Assembly: GCF_009914755.1 (NCBI RefSeq) | Contig: NC_060940.1 | DNA: 64,000 bases | Direction: 5' to 3' (one strand) | DNA from: the human T2T-CHM13v2.0 reference genome, Homo sapiens | In this document: positions 44,462 through 62,902 of the stretch, piece after piece | How the letters are laid out: the number at the start of each line of letters is the position of its first letter | Position numbering within the stretch: position 1 is the stretch's first letter | The notes under the pieces: model-generated | What the model saw: the letters and a program-made list of their open reading frames with translations, nothing else | Told to the model about the DNA's origin: nothing | Databases searched by the model: none | Translations under genes and position numbers: made by a program

Positions 44462-44957
44462 TGTTGGGAAAAAGAGCTCAGAGTCACAAAGAAAACAAGC
44501 ACTTAGAGAACATCTCAGCAAGGCAAATTTACTTCTGCAGAAGGGTGCATCTTGCATATGGAGCAATGGCAAGAGAACACAGAACAGAGGAAAGCAGGGG
44601 TTTTTATTAACTCTACTGCAGCTTCTGCTTCTGTGTCTTTCCCCAATTGGCTAGGGTTGGACTGCACAGTCTAAACTAGTCCCAACTGACTAAACATTTT
44701 AACTTTCTTAGATAAGGTAGGCATGTAAGGGAGGTGACAAGAGAGAGAAGGGGGGTTATTTATGGAGGGACTAGGAAGGTAACCTATTCCCTAATAAGGA
44801 AAGGAATGTGGACTGGGGTTGTGGCAAGTTCAGGCATGCCTAGGCATATTCAGACAAGATGGGGCACAGCAAAGGCAAGGGGGTATTTGGAATTATAGGA
44901 TAGAGAACGGGGAAACTGGATAAGTTGTTTGAAGAGGGGACCTAACTGTATCTAACA
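44462..44957 (-). mobile_element. LTR10-family (HERV-I) solo LTR
   Basis: Reverse strand starts TGTTAGATACAGTTAGG and ends CCCAACA; perfect 5-bp TSD TTCCT. Confidence 0.85.
44822..44861. promoter_or_regulatory. p53 response-element-like array in LTR10
   Basis: Contiguous decamers TGGCAAGTTC AGGCATGCCT AGGCATATTC AGACAAGATG versus RRRCWWGYYY; first pair matches 19/20. Confidence 0.6.
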
Positions 44958-45173
44958 TTCCTCAAGAAGTTGGAGATGGGATTTCCCTCCCATCTCCTCA
45001 TTTGGTGGCCCTCTGCTGCAACCTGATGTCTTGGCATATCAACTTGCTGTGTGCATCAGGCAACAAATCTATTATGGTTGCAACCCCTTTCCTTGTACCC
45101 CCCATCCATGGGACCAGGACTCTTTCTTTCTTCCCTCCCCCTCCTCCTTCTCCACCAGGAGAAACAGAGATCA

Positions 45174-45542
<369 letters not shown>

Positions 45543-46480
45543 GGCAGCTTAGATGGTTGGAGCTTTATTGTCTGTTGAAGAGGGATAGCAGATTTTGAGG
45601 AAGGGACATTTGGGGACATTTGCAGGCTTCAGAGTGGGGAGGAAAATATTATAGGCCAGCTTCCATGCCTTGAGGGTCCACTCACCCATTGTTAACACCC
45701 TCCTTGATGTCACACATGGTTTCTGTTTCATGTGCCAGTGCTCACACTATCCTTCAACTGACCGCAGCTGTTGCAATGCATGGCAGTTCTAAGGGAGAAT
45801 CTCACTCCACAGAGTTGAGCATTTGCTTAGCGTTTCCACTTAGAGCTGTCACCATTACCCCCAATTAGCCACCCAGGAAGTTCTGCCTTTTTATCTTTCC
45901 CAGGGACACGTGCAAGAGCTATTCATCTCCTTTAAGCTCTTAAAAAGCTCTATTTCATTCTTCCAAGACAATGGGGCTACTCACCCTTTAAAAGTAGTTC
46001 ACGGATTGTTCCCAGGAGGCCCACAGTTACCTGAGAGCTTCTCTTATTTGTTCCTTAAAGACTGACTATTATTACTTCCCCTTTCCTAGAGAATAGAGCC
46101 TGATTTCCTCCAGAGGGGCCCAGAGCATCACAATAAAAAGGCCTTTTGTTGCTCTGAGGAAATTCATCTTCCCAAGAATGATAACATGACCTTCCATTAC
46201 CTCTCCCGCTAGGACAGAGGAAATAACTCTAATTCTGACATGGCGTCTGCTATGTAAACCAAAGCTGGGTTATCTTTAGAGACAGCCTTTGGTGTGTTAG
46301 GATTTCAGCTGCCTGGCGGGGACTTTGCTCCACAGAGTCCACCTCTGCCATCCCCTAATCATAGGATAGAAACTAAATCTTTCATTCGCCAGTGGGAAAT
46401 AAACAGCTAGTGTTGAAACTGGACTGGGGCAGGGAATACAGGTGTATGTTTCCTTCAGTCCAAGAACAAACGCTTAAGTC

Positions 46481-46743
46481 TTTTTAATTTTTAGAGACAG
46501 GGTCTTGCTGGAGTGCAGTGGTGCAATCATAGCTCACTGCAGCCTTGAGCTCCTGGGCTCAAGTGATCTTCTCATCTCTCAGCTTCCCAAGTTGCTGGAA
46601 CTGCAGGCACACACCACCATGCCCTGCTATTTTTCAAAATTTTTTTGTAGATATGTGGTTTCACTATGTCTCCCAGATTGGTCTCAAACTCCTGGCCTCA
46701 AGCGATTCTCCTGTCTCTGCCCCCAAAAGTGCTGGGATTACAG
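46481..46743 (-). mobile_element. Alu (J)
   Basis: Reverse Alu; flanks aac(g/a)cttaagtctt. Confidence 0.9.
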
Positions 46744-47291
46744 AACACTTAAGTCTTAAGAAAGTGTTTCTTTCCTTAGTCCATTTATTTTATTATGTAT
46801 TATTATATATTAACTACATTTATATTCATTATATAGTTATTTATTAATTGCAATATTGTATGTTATTATTTTCCTCTCCCTCTAAAGTCTGTTCAGTGCT
46901 CCACATGCCCTGTCCTCAAGCTGAGCTCTACCTGCCACCCCCAGAAAAGTAAGACCCCAATTCCCCAGGCTGGCCTCATGTGTTGCAGAATCTGCCATCT
47001 CAGGCGTCTCTTGAATATGAAGAGACTTCTCCTCTGCTCTTTTTGCTGGTGGGGAGGGTAAGCTTTGATACATTCTTCTGGTTTCTCCAGATAGTGAGGA
47101 AGAATCCTTGTCCCATGAATGAAGGTGCAGGGTAAGATAGGGAAGTAGACATACCCACTCTAGGCTATGGCTTGTTTTCTCTCAAGGCAACTGAAATCAA
47201 ACACAATGCTAACGTCCCTTTAAAAACCCCCACCACAAATAAATGTTTTTGTCTCTCATGACTTGACTTTGACCTATTCATCGACAAGTAA

Positions 47292-48041
<750 letters not shown>

Positions 48042-48127
48042 ACGTCAGATGTTTTCAACTATGGCTAAACATTAGAACCACCTTGGGAACTTAGAAACAG
48101 ACAAACAAAACCCTATGCCCTATCCAC

Positions 48128-49494
<1,367 letters not shown>

Positions 49495-49761
49495 GTGTAC
49501 AACATGTTCATAGGAGCTTTTGTTACGATAGCCAAATAATTGAAAACAACCACATTTTCATCATCAATAGGATGGATCAATAATTTGTGATATATTCGTC
49601 AGTGGAATGAATGACTGCTGTCCCCACAAAGTGGATGAATCTCACATACTATACAGCTTCATTTATATGATGTCAAGAACAGGCAAAACCAATCTAGAGG
49701 TACAGAGGTCAGAATAGTGGTGCCCTGTTCTGGTGGGGTGGCAGGAGTTACTGCCTATGAG

Positions 49762-50494
49762 TGAGACAGGATAATTCCCTTCACCCACTTTGTGGGAGGG
49801 AACTGGAGTGGCTCATTTATCTCAGCCCACTACTGGCCACTCCTCACAAGAGGGAGCATGCAAGCAAGTGAGGGTGGGAACTGGAGCGAATGAATATTGG
49901 AACTGGCCAGTTGCTCCTCTATGGCAGGAGCAGGCTCTGTGCGGCCCCACAGCAGCATCCAAGTATATTACAACCAGTGTTCTTTCAGCTCTGCCACCCA
50001 GGGACAGCAAAGTGCCAACTAGCTCACTGGAGGGTCAGGGTGGTAGCCCCTGCCCTCTTGGCACCCGGGATCTTGTCGAGAGTCCAGGAACAATCAGGTC
50101 ACAGGAACGGATTGAAAAGGTAATGAATGTGGAGGATTTTACTGGGCAATGGAAGTGGCTCTCAGTGGGATGGGGAGTTGGAAAGGGGATGGTGTGAGAA
50201 GAAAGCGATCATTCCCTGAAACCGGGACATCTCCGGCTGGGCCTCTCTCTAAAGCTGCACAGTCTGAAGTCAGCTGTGTCTATCCATAGTCTCTGATGCT
50301 CAGTTGCTTCTCTGTGTACCACTCAGCCACTTGTGTTGCTCTTCCAGCTGTAGTCTTTTTATGGACACAGGATAGGGGCATGGCAGGCCAAAAAGGCAAC
50401 ATTTGGGAGGAAAAATGGGGTCAGCTGTTTTCGCTTAGGGCCACCGTTCCAGGCTTGGGGGGGGTTTAGCCAGGATCCCAGCCATTCTGAATCA
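49762..50494 (-). mobile_element. LTR27/LTR28-like ERV1 solo LTR
   Basis: Reverse strand starts TGATTCAGAATGGCTGGGATCCTGGCTAAACCCC...GAAAACAGCTGACCCC and ends GTCTCA; flanks TGAG/GGAG. Confidence 0.7.
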
Positions 50495-50595
50495 GGAGAG
50501 ACTTAAGGAACTTCCTAGAGGGTGCTAGAAAAGTTCTAAAGCTTCATCTGGGTGGTGGTACATAGGCATAAACTTATGTAAAAATTCATTGAGCT

Positions 50596-50886
50596 GGCTG
50601 TGCATGGTGACTCACACCTGTAATCCCAGCACTTTGGGAGGCCAAGATGGCAGGATTGCTTGAGGCCAGGAATCCCAGCCTAAACAACATAGCAAGACCC
50701 CATCTCTATAAAAAATTTAAAAATTAGCTGGGCGTGATGGCTTGCACCTGTAGTCTTAGCTACTCCAGAGGCTGAGGTGGGAGGATCACCTGAGCCTAGG
50801 AGGGTGAGGCTGCAATGAGTGGTGATCATGCCACTGCACTTCAGCCTCGGTGACCTTCTTTCAAAACAAATTAACTAAAAAAAAAA
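50596..50886 (+). mobile_element. Alu (J)
   Basis: Alu with small deletions; TSD ttgagctg. Confidence 0.9.
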
Positions 50887-51063
50887 TGTTGTTGAGCTGT
50901 ACAGTCAAGATTCAAGATTAATGTATCCTAGTGTAATATGTAACTCAATAAAAATTTTTGTAAAATAAGCAAAATTATATAAAATACAAAACACCTCTCC
51001 CTGAGAGTCTGATTTAATTGGTCCTCAGTGGGGCCCAGACAAGAGGATTTTTTAAGACTCTCA

Positions 51064-51334
51064 GGCTGGGAGCGGTGGCTCATGTCTGTAATCCCAGCAC
51101 TTTGGGAGACTGAGGCAGGCAGATCACAGCCTGACCAAAGTGGTGAAACCCCACCTCTACTAAAAATACAAACATTAGCGTGGTGGTGCACACCTCTAAT
51201 CTCAGCTACTCACAGCTTGAGGACATGACCCTATTAGTCACATTTAGTGAGGCACTAGAATTGCTTGAATCCAGAAGTTTGCAGTAAGCTGTGCTCCAGC
51301 CTGGGTGACTGAGCAAGACTGTCAAAAAAAAAAA
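51064..51334 (+). mobile_element. Alu with deletions and a non-Alu insertion (51209-51250)
   Basis: Alu consensus is interrupted at ctact|...|gaggca. Confidence 0.9.
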
Positions 51335-51673
51335 GAAGGAAAAATTAAAGAATCTCAGAGGATTTTGAGATAGCCTCTCTCTGACCCCGTGGATCACCCC
51401 TCACAGCTGTGTGGAGAAGAGGAGCGAGTGTCAGTACATGCAGGAATCTCTGGTCAACTGGGCTGAAGCTGATGACTTGACCTTCGGACCTAAGGGGAAC
51501 CTCTTGTTCCCCATTGGTCCACATCTTATCATCAGTGGGTCATTGAGACAAAAGCAAAGAGTGTTGAGGAAAGAAAAAGTGATCATGAGACAAAGCAGGG
51601 ACTCCTCTTGGGGCCTTCTGGGCAACCCTCGACCACGAAAGCAAGGAAATAAAGGAAAAGCTTGAGTTCCTTC

Positions 51674-52332
51674 TGAAACCACCACTGCAAAATTGTAACT
51701 GAGATCTGACCTGACCAACTCCATCTTGCTTCTAACCTCCAGGCTGCCCTGGGCCTAGGCTGAACTAACTTTGGGAGGAACTTAGTTTATAGTGTAAAGC
51801 AAAGACAATAACAGCCCTTTCCCAAAACAAACCTCATTGCCTGGGGACTAGACTGCTTTTGCAGGACTAACAAATTAGCCACAAGATTAGAAATTATGGT
51901 TTAGGAGTCATGCAGCTAGAGGCTACAGGATTCTGACCCTCCCTATACTGCTCCTAAGATCAGTGCTTGAGATATTTTGCAGACCTTGCACTTGATGGAT
52001 CGTCACCCAGACCCACTAACTGGCTTATCTGATCTTGTGACCTCCATCCAGGAACTGACCCCACGCAAGAGGACAGCTTCAATTCCCTATGATTTCATCT
52101 CCTACTTAACCACTCAGCAGTCCTGGCTCACTGGCTTCCCTACCACGCACCAAGTAGTCCTTAAAAACTGTGACCCCGAATGCTTGGGGAGACTGATTTG
52201 AGCAATAATAAAACTCCGGTCTCCCGCACAGCTGGCTTTCCGTGAATTACTCTTTCTCTGTTGCAATTCTCCTGTCTTGAGAAATTGGCTCTGTCTAGGC
52301 AGCAGGCAAGGTGAACCCACTGGGCAGTTACA
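51674..52332 (+). mobile_element. LTR8 solo LTR nested in the MER39-like LTR
   Basis: tgaaaccaccactgcaaaattgtaactgaga...gcaggcaaggtgaacccactgggcagttaca; flanks CTTC/TTTC. Confidence 0.85.
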
Positions 52333-52590
52333 TTTCCAGGGAAATTCCAGGCACCTAGCTAGGACTGAGAAGTAAATGAGCAATTTGATAAGCAAGATGG
52401 TAATGGTGCTTAAAACAAAAGCCAAGGATGTTAGAGTCATGAGAATGTTTGGTTCCCCATAAAAACTAAAGACAAAAATCTTAACAAATGTGCCTGACTT
52501 ATTTTTCAGAAATCTGGACCCCCACCAAATGGATCCACTGGGAGGCAGCCCTCAGAAAAGGGAGAACTGAGGATGGAACTCTGACTGCCA

Positions 52591-52814
<224 letters not shown>

Positions 52815-53089
52815 TAAATTTCTTCCTGAGGGACCTGAAAGGGGTCACATCCACAAGCCAGAGCTAACAGTCTTTTCAGCTGATCCCAAATCTTTAAACA
52901 AATCTTCAAACAAATCTTCATCTCCTTAACCAATCACAAATCAGAAAATCTTTGAACCCACCTGTGACCTGTGGGCCCCTACTTCAAGAAGTCCCACCTT
53001 TTTTGGTCAAACCAAAGTACAGCCTTCACGTATTGATTTATGACTTTGTCTGTAACCTCTCCCCCTGTGACTTTAAAATCCCTTACTTG

Positions 53090-53385
<296 letters not shown>

Positions 53386-53710
53386 TCCCTTACTTGTAAG
53401 CCATCAGGGAGTTCAGGTCTGAGGCATTAGCTGCCCGATTCTCCTTGCTTGGCACCCTTAGTAAAGGCCACACTTTCTCTTATTGCAATCCTAATGTCAG
53501 GATTTGGCTTTGCTTCACCAGTGAGTAGACCCCCATTCTGTTCTGTAACACCCAGACCTACCCCAAGAAGGCCAGCTAGCTTCAGTTTCATTTAACTTTT
53601 TAGCTGCATGGGAAAGAAGAAAGCCTGGAAGAGGAGGAGCCTACCAAGCTTCAGGTCTTGACCCTCCAGTTATCCCCAACTTTGGCTGCCCATTAGAATC
53701 ACCTGGGGTA

Positions 53711-54360
53711 GGCTGGACATAGTGGCTACCCATTCTCCTCAGTCCTAGGTTGGGTAATCTCAGCACTTTGGGAGGCTGAGGCGGGAGGATTGCTTGAGCC
53801 TTAGAGTTTGAGACCAGCGTATGCAACATAGTGAGACCCCCATCTCTACATATAAAAATAATAATAATACATGGCTGGGCGTGGTGGCTCACGCCTGTAA
53901 TCTCAGCACTTTGGGAGGCCAAGGCAGGCAGATCACGAGGTCAGGAGATTGAGACCATCCTGGCTAACACGGTGAAACCCCGTCTCTACTAAAAATACAA
54001 AAAATTAGCCAGGCGTGGTCGTGGGTGCCTGTAGTCCCAGGTACTAGGGAGGCTGAGGCAGAATGGTATGAACCTGGGAGGCAGAGCTTGCAGTGAGCCA
54101 AGATCGTGCTACTGCACTCCAGCCTGGACAACAGAGCGAGATTCCATCTCAAAATAATAATAATAATAATAATACAAAAATTAGCCAGGCATGGTGGTAG
54201 GCACCTGTAGTCCCAACTTCTCAGGAGGCTAAGGTGGGAGGACGACTTGAGCCCAGGAGTTTGAGGCAGCAGTAAGCTGTATTGTGCTACAGCACTGCAG
54301 CCTGGGGGACAGAGCAAGACCCCGTGTCTTAAAAAAAAAGAAAAGGAAAGAAAAAAAAAA
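53711..54360 (+). mobile_element. AluJ with an AluY-like copy (53873-54172) nested in its A-rich linker, both inside MER5A
   Basis: TSD aataataataataca; MER5A halves at about 53660-53708 and 54362-54511 (ends gttgagaaccactg). Confidence 0.88.
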
Positions 54361-55500
54361 GAATCATTTGGGGAGATTTTTAAAAATCTCGATGCCAGAC
54401 TGTTACTCCAGATCAATTGTATCAGAATCTCCTGGGGTAGAGGGACAATGCGTGAGTATTTTGTAAAGCTCCCCAGATGACCCCATTGTGGAGCCAAGGT
54501 TGAGAACCACTGCTCTTACCTCTGCAGCCAAAGATGGCCACAAATATCATGTCAATGCACTGTGACCTTGGCCACTGGTAAATGTGGCCCCTTGTTCTGG
54601 AATCTGACCCAATTCTCTTAAAGGGAGATGGGGACAGGAAAGAGGAGCGGTGGCCACCTCCTCCCCTTGCCAGCTCTGGGAAAGGTGCTGTACTTGTGTC
54701 GTGTGTTGAAATATAAAGCCTCTCTCTCGAGGGCCCTACAATCTCACAGCTTGAGGAGGACATGACGCTATTAGCCACATTTGGTGAACAAAAACATCGT
54801 TGCATAGGCACTGCATTATTCTACAGTCAGTTTGGTTCCAATGGGAGTCATGCTTCTTGGAATCCCCTTCCCTATCAGGCTCCTGGTGAGAGCTGCCAAA
54901 AGTGAAGGTGTATGAGATGTGGGAGGCAGGAGGGAAGCAGCACCAGGGCACTCTGGAGGTTCAAGGTGGTGAGGACAGTCCAGAGGTGTTGGTGGGTTCC
55001 AGCTTATCTTTGCTCTCCCTACACTGTGTCCAGCTCTTCTTCCACAACACAGGACCAGCTCACCAGCAGTAACTCCCATCCATCACCAGATGTGACTGAA
55101 CCAAACTGGGGCTTGCTTGCCCAGTGCAATAAAGCCAGATGCTGATGCTGAGATTTGCAGTGGGAGAAAAGGGCATTAACTGCATGGTACCAAGCAAGGA
55201 CAATGAATAGCTAACACTCAAGACCTGAACTCCCCAGTGACTTACAAGCAAGGGTTTTTAAAGACAAGGGTACATTTCAGGAAAGCAGCAATTGCAGGCA
55301 AAATCATAAACCAATACATGAAAGTCTGGCCCATGTGTGTGACTCTCTCCACAACCCCAGGAAATTTTAGAACAAAGAATGGCTGTCAGAGTTCAGTCCT
55401 CAGTTTCCCCCACCTGGTGTCTATGTGATGGTGGTAGCATTTTCTAACTGGTGGGGGTTTCTGAAAAGCAACTCAAGAACTTGTGTTAAGATGTTATTTT

Positions 55501-56327
<827 letters not shown>

Positions 56328-56877
56328 TGCTCATTTACTTTTTATAAGGCTAGCTAGGCGCCTGGAATTTTCCTGGAAGTCCCTTAAGAGGGGTCCCTGC
56401 TCCGTCTTAATGTGGCTTCACAGAGGCAGCAGCTATGAAGACCCAAGAGCCTTCCATGGGCTTCTCCCCCAGCCCCTTTGGGGTCTCACATCTGCCACTG
56501 AATGTGACCAGTTTCTGGGCTGCCCTGCAAACTCTGACTCATTCATCTGCATATCAGTGTTGCAGGACAGCTGGCAAGCTCCTTTTCTTGGATCCCCTCA
56601 CTCCCTTTCTTTGGACTTATATTTCCACAGTTCCTCCCACAGTTGTGTAAGGTCAAATTCTTATCCCTGATTCCCTAACACTCACTGTCGTTCTGCTTTC
56701 TGATTCGACCTTGACGGATACACCATAGAAGGGAATGGGAGCCTTCCAGAATGCTGGAATTGTTCTACATCTTCATCTCTCTAATGGTTACATGAGGTCT
56801 GTACATATTTAAAAATTCATCACATTTTACACTTGAGATTAGTGCACTTTACCATTCATGTGCTACATTTCCGATAA

Positions 56878-57169
56878 CTTTTTTTTTTGAGATGGAATCT
56901 TGCTCTTGTCGCCCAGGCTGGAGTGCAATGGCACGATCTTGGCTCACTGCAACCTCTGCCTCCAGGTTCAAGGGATTCTCCTGCCTCAGCCGCCTGAGTA
57001 GCTGGGATTACAGATGCCTGCCACCACGCCTGGCTAATTTTTGTATCTTTAGTAAAGACAGGGTTTTGCCATGTTGGCCAGGGTGGTCTCGAACTCCTGA
57101 CCTCATGATCCACCCACCTCGGCCTCCCAAAGTGCTGGGATTACAGGCGTGAGCCACCGCACCCACCCG
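56878..57169 (-). mobile_element. Alu (S)
   Basis: Reverse Alu; TSD ccgataactttttt. Confidence 0.95.
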
Positions 57170-58765
57170 ATAACTTTTTTAATAGAATAGCTCAAGAGAC
57201 TTTATCAGACAAATACATTAAAGTATAACAACAACAATAGGTTGAATGCAAGCCCCATTTGTTGCTCGCCTGGACCACAGACTCCTGGCCGCAGAGCATC
57301 TTTCCCTGCTGCTGCTGAATATGCAGCAGTCCTTCAAAGGACTCCTCTGCCTGCTGTCTTCGACAATAAGCGATCATGATTACAAACGGCTTTAGACTGG
57401 AGAAAGATCTTTGGTCTTCATTAAGGTTTATTTGTGACTGTTCCGATGGTGGTTTCTGGGAGAAGAGAAAGAATGCCGATGGTAATTAGGCCCTCCTAAT
57501 TGCAGTAGTCACTGATTGCCTGTATTAAAAACATTGGAGGAAGTGTAGCAATTAGAGCTTCGGGAAATATTTAAAAAACAAAGTGAAAAGAGGCCTCTGA
57601 GTGCAAGGACATGGAGAGACAGCCAGGAGCCCCTGCCCAGCTGCAATGGACCCTTAGCAACCCTAGACATCTGGGCGGCTCACCCCTGGGACAGTGGCCA
57701 TGACAGTCTCAGGAGGAAGAAGTGAGTTTCCTCCCAGTCATTTTCCAGACACGACTGTGAATCCACCCATGGAGAAGCAACATAGGAGGAAGACATTTTG
57801 CAAACAATCCATAAGAATAACAATAATCTCAGATATGTAATAATTATATTAACATGTTAAATCCATACAACAAGCCATAGCATTGTTCCCATTTTAAAGA
57901 AGAAGAAACAAAAGTCTTCATTTGCAGAGAAAGTTGAAGACTTTCTCAAGGTCACACACACAGCAGGTGGCACACCCCAACTCAAACCCAGATCTGTTTG
58001 ATTTCAAAGCACATGCCTGGAACCATTCTGTTATTCTATGTCATCCTCAGCTCCAGAGCCCTGGATCTGTCTAGCCACCAGCACCCCGAAAAGTGAGCTT
58101 GCAAGCTTTCCCCACTCCCTCATACCAGCCCTTCAGCATTCCTCCCTCAAGAACCTGCTTCCAGTCAACAAACCAGCTAATGACTCCTTTGCCCATCCTC
58201 ATCCTTCCCCAGCTCCTGCTGGGGAGAGCCTCTCAGCCCCTCCAACCAAGCTCTATGAGAATGAGGTGAAGGCATTTCTTCACTCCCTTTCCCAGATGAG
58301 ATCTGAGATCCAAGGTCCATCATCTGTTCCTGTAATTCTACTTTGAAGAATTCTAATCATTTTCATTGCTCATCTCCAAACTTCTTCAACTATCAACCAA
58401 ACTCATTTGGCTTCTTGGTCCCCACCTACCCTTAATCCAGAATGTAAGCTCCATGAGAGAAGACACTGAGGTCTGTTTTATTTCCTGCTGTAAACCTGGC
58501 ACATAGAAGAGTGACCAACACATAGTAGGTGCTCAATACATATCTGCCAAATAAATAAGAGCTTTCTGTTATCCAAACAGAAATACATTGTCTCCATTTC
58601 TGGGCATCTCTTCATACATGATGCTTTCTCAATTGCCAGAAATGCATCCTCTATATTTCTTTTTATCAAACACTTTCTATAGAAACATACTCCACAACTT
58701 CATAGGCTGGATAGGTCAATTTGTCCCTTCTTAGAGCACAAGATGCATTTACATTTCTAAAGCCT

Positions 58766-59203
<438 letters not shown>

Positions 59204-59726
59204 AATTTCTAAAGCCTGACTTAGGATTGCCTCTATGTCACTGTGCAGTGCCCCTCTAGATAAAGATGTTTTCAAATTCACCTGTGTGGTGCCCTGGAAA
59301 GAGAGCGTTCAACCACACATGTACTATGTTCAGGAGGAAACAAGATTAAAATTTTATTTCCATCTCTTAATTGGTACTGACGTCCCAAGAGAAATACTGG
59401 TCCATTAAGTAAGGAATGCTAATTGCTTACTCACCTCCTACTGACAGTGATGACAGGCTTGGTTAAGGGTTTTTATTAAGGCCCATTAAAGGGAAGACTG
59501 TGTGGCAAGTTGCTGGGTTGCTTGGGAGGCAGAGACTTGAACAGAGAAGCTGAGGGGGTGCTGGTGGGAGTGCAAAGTGTAGGAAGGTGCAGGTGAATGA
59601 GGAAACAGATTCTGGGGAAGGGAGGACAGCTGGGAAGAGTGTAAGTCACATAGATCACATGCCTCGAAAATGGTTTTGGATCTGAAATAGTTTGTTGTAA
59701 TTTAAAACAAATTTAATCCTTACTGA

Positions 59727-60486
59727 TTGTGTTAGTTCATTTTGTGCTGCTAGATGGGAATACTTGAGGCTGGGTAATTTTTTTTTTTTAAAGGTCTAGT
59801 TGGCACACAATTCTGATGTCTGGAAAAAGTTCATGATTGGGCATCTGCATCTGATGAGGTCTTCAGGCTGTTTCTACTCCTAGTGGAAGGTGAAAGGGAG
59901 CTGGTGTATGCCGATCACATGGTGAGAGAGGAAGCAAGAGAGAGAGGGGAGGTGCCAGGCTATTTTTAACAACTGCGCTTGGCCAGGTGCAGGGCTTGTA
60001 ATCTCAGCACTCTGGGAGGCCAAGATGGCAGGATCGCTTGAGCCCAGGAGTTTGAGACCTTTTTGGGCAACTTAGTGATACTCTTATCTCTATAAAAGAA
60101 ATAAACAAAATTAGCCTGTCATGGTGGTGCTCTCACCTTCAGTCCCAGCTACTTGGGAGGCTGAGGTGGGACAATCATCTGAGGCCATGAGACCGAGGCT
60201 GCAGTGAGCCAAGATTGTGCCACTGCGCTCCAGCCTGGGCAACAGAGCCAGAACTTGTCTAAAACAAAACAAAACTAAACAAAAACAGAAACAAAAACAA
60301 AGCAAGCTCTCACAGGAGCTAACAGAGTGAGAACTCACTCACTCCCAAGGGAGTGCATTAATCTCTTCATGAAGAATCTGCCTTCATGATCCAAACACCT
60401 CCCACTGGACCCCCTACATCCCAATGCTGCCACACTGAGGATCAAATGTCAACATGAGCTTTGGTGGAACAAATATTCAAGCCAGG
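59727..60486 (-). mobile_element. MST-type MaLR LTR with nested AluJ (59981-60300, +)
   Basis: aatacttgaggctgggtaattt...gatccaaacacctcccact...caacatgag. Confidence 0.8.
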
Positions 60487-60499
60487 GCACTGATATATG

Positions 60500-61262
60500 C
60501 ACCAGGTGCATATCTCCTATATGGCTCAGCAATTTCATGCCTAGGTATTTTATCTACATCAAATGAAAATATACATCTGCAAAAAGACCTGTGCACAAAT
60601 GTTCATAGCAACCTTATTCACAATAGTCCCAAACTGGAAATAATCCAAATGTCCATCAAGAGGAAGATGGATAAACAAATTGTAGTATGTCCATACAAGT
60701 TCAATATTCCTTATCCAAAATGCTTCAGGCCAGAAGCATTTTGGATTTTGGATTTTTTCAGACTCACATTATACTTACCGGCTCAGCATTCCTAATTCAA
60801 AAACCCCCAATCCAAAATGTTTCAATGAGTAATTCCTTTGATTATCATGTCGGCACTCAAACAGTTTTGTATCTTAGAGTATTTCAGATTTTGGATATTT
60901 GGATTAGAGATGCTCAACCTGTTCTACTCAACAATACAAAGTAATAAACCACTGACACCTACAACACGATGAATGAACCTCCAAAACATTATGTTTGACA
61001 AAAGAAGTTGGTCACAAAAGGGAACATACTGTATGACGGCACTTATACAGTCTAGGCTTAGCCTAGGCTAATTGAATCTATGGCGATAGAAGAATTAGAT
61101 TGAACAGAAAGGGGCATGGGATGATGGAGATGCTTCATATCTTACTTTAGAATGGTTACTACACAGATGTGTACAATAGTCAAAACTCATCGAACTGAAC
61201 ATTTAAGGTCTGTACATTTTATTCCATGTAAATTATACATTGATTTTTTAAAATGTTTTAAA
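60500..61262 (+). mobile_element. Old L1M 3' region with a Tigger4/MER46 insertion at 60696-60921
   Basis: L1 motifs aaatgttcatagca, aaatgtccatca, gatgaacctc. Tigger TIRs caagttcaatattcctt ... agagatgctcaacctg. Confidence 0.8.
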
Positions 61263-61431
61263 AAATTCTGCAAGTTGTGTTTTTCATTTTTACAGGTGAA
61301 TATCAAAGTTCAAAGTGAGTGAAGTGGTGGAGCCAGAATTTATGACCAGCTTTGACTGATTCCAAAGCCCATGCTATATCTTATGACCACTATATTAAAA
61401 CATTCAAAAGTTCCTCTGCTAGGAAAATTAG

Positions 61432-61838
<407 letters not shown>

Positions 61839-62902
61839 GGTATATAGAAAATTCTAAGGAATACACACACACAAAAAACTAGTAGACCTAATAAACAAAT
61901 TCACCAAGCTTGCAAAATATAAGAGCAATATACAAAAATATTTTATACAGTAGCAATGACCAATCCAAAAATGAAATTAAGAAAACAATTACACTTACAA
62001 TAAGATAAAAAATAATCAAGTATTTAGGAATAAAATCAATGAGAAGTGCAAGACTTGTTCACTGACTACTGCAAAATATTGAAAGACTTAAGACTTAAAT
62101 AAATGGAAAGGCATCCTGTATTCATAGATCAGAAAGCTTCATATTGTTAAGATGGCAGTATTCCTTAAACTGGTCTATAGATTCAGCACAATCCCTATCA
62201 AAATCCCCACAGCATTTTTTGCAGAAATTGATAAACTGGCTCTGAAATTCATACAGAAATCCAAGAAATCCAGAACAGCCAAAACAATACTGAAAAAGAA
62301 CAGAGCTGAATAATTCCCCATTTCTAACCTAGAGTTCACCATTCCCCATTTCTAACCTAGAGTTTCAAACACAGAGTAACAGTATGAAGATAGTGTGGTA
62401 CTGGCATAAGGATAAACACATAGATCAGTGGAATAGTATTGAGAGGTCAGATATTTATAGTGAACTGATTTTCAACAAGAATGCCAAGACAATTCAATTA
62501 GGAAAAAATAGTCTTTCAACAAATGGTGCTGGGACAACTGGATATTCCTATGTAAAAGAATAAAGTCAGATCCCTACCTCACATCATAAACAAAAATAAT
62601 ATCAAAATGAATCATATCTAAATGTAAGAGTTAAAACTATAAAACAGCTAGAAGGAAATTCAGGAGTAAATCTTTATGACCTTGAGTTAAGCAGCAGTTT
62701 CTTAGGTACGACACCAAAAGCACAAATGAAAAGAAAAAATACATAGATAAATGGGACATTATCAAAATAAAAAAAAAAATTTGTGCTTCATATGACACCA
62801 TCAAGAGAGTGAAAAAACAACTCACAGAATGGGAGACAATATTTGAAAATCAAATATCTGATAAGGGCCTTGTATCTAAACTATATAAAGAACTATTGCA
62901 GC

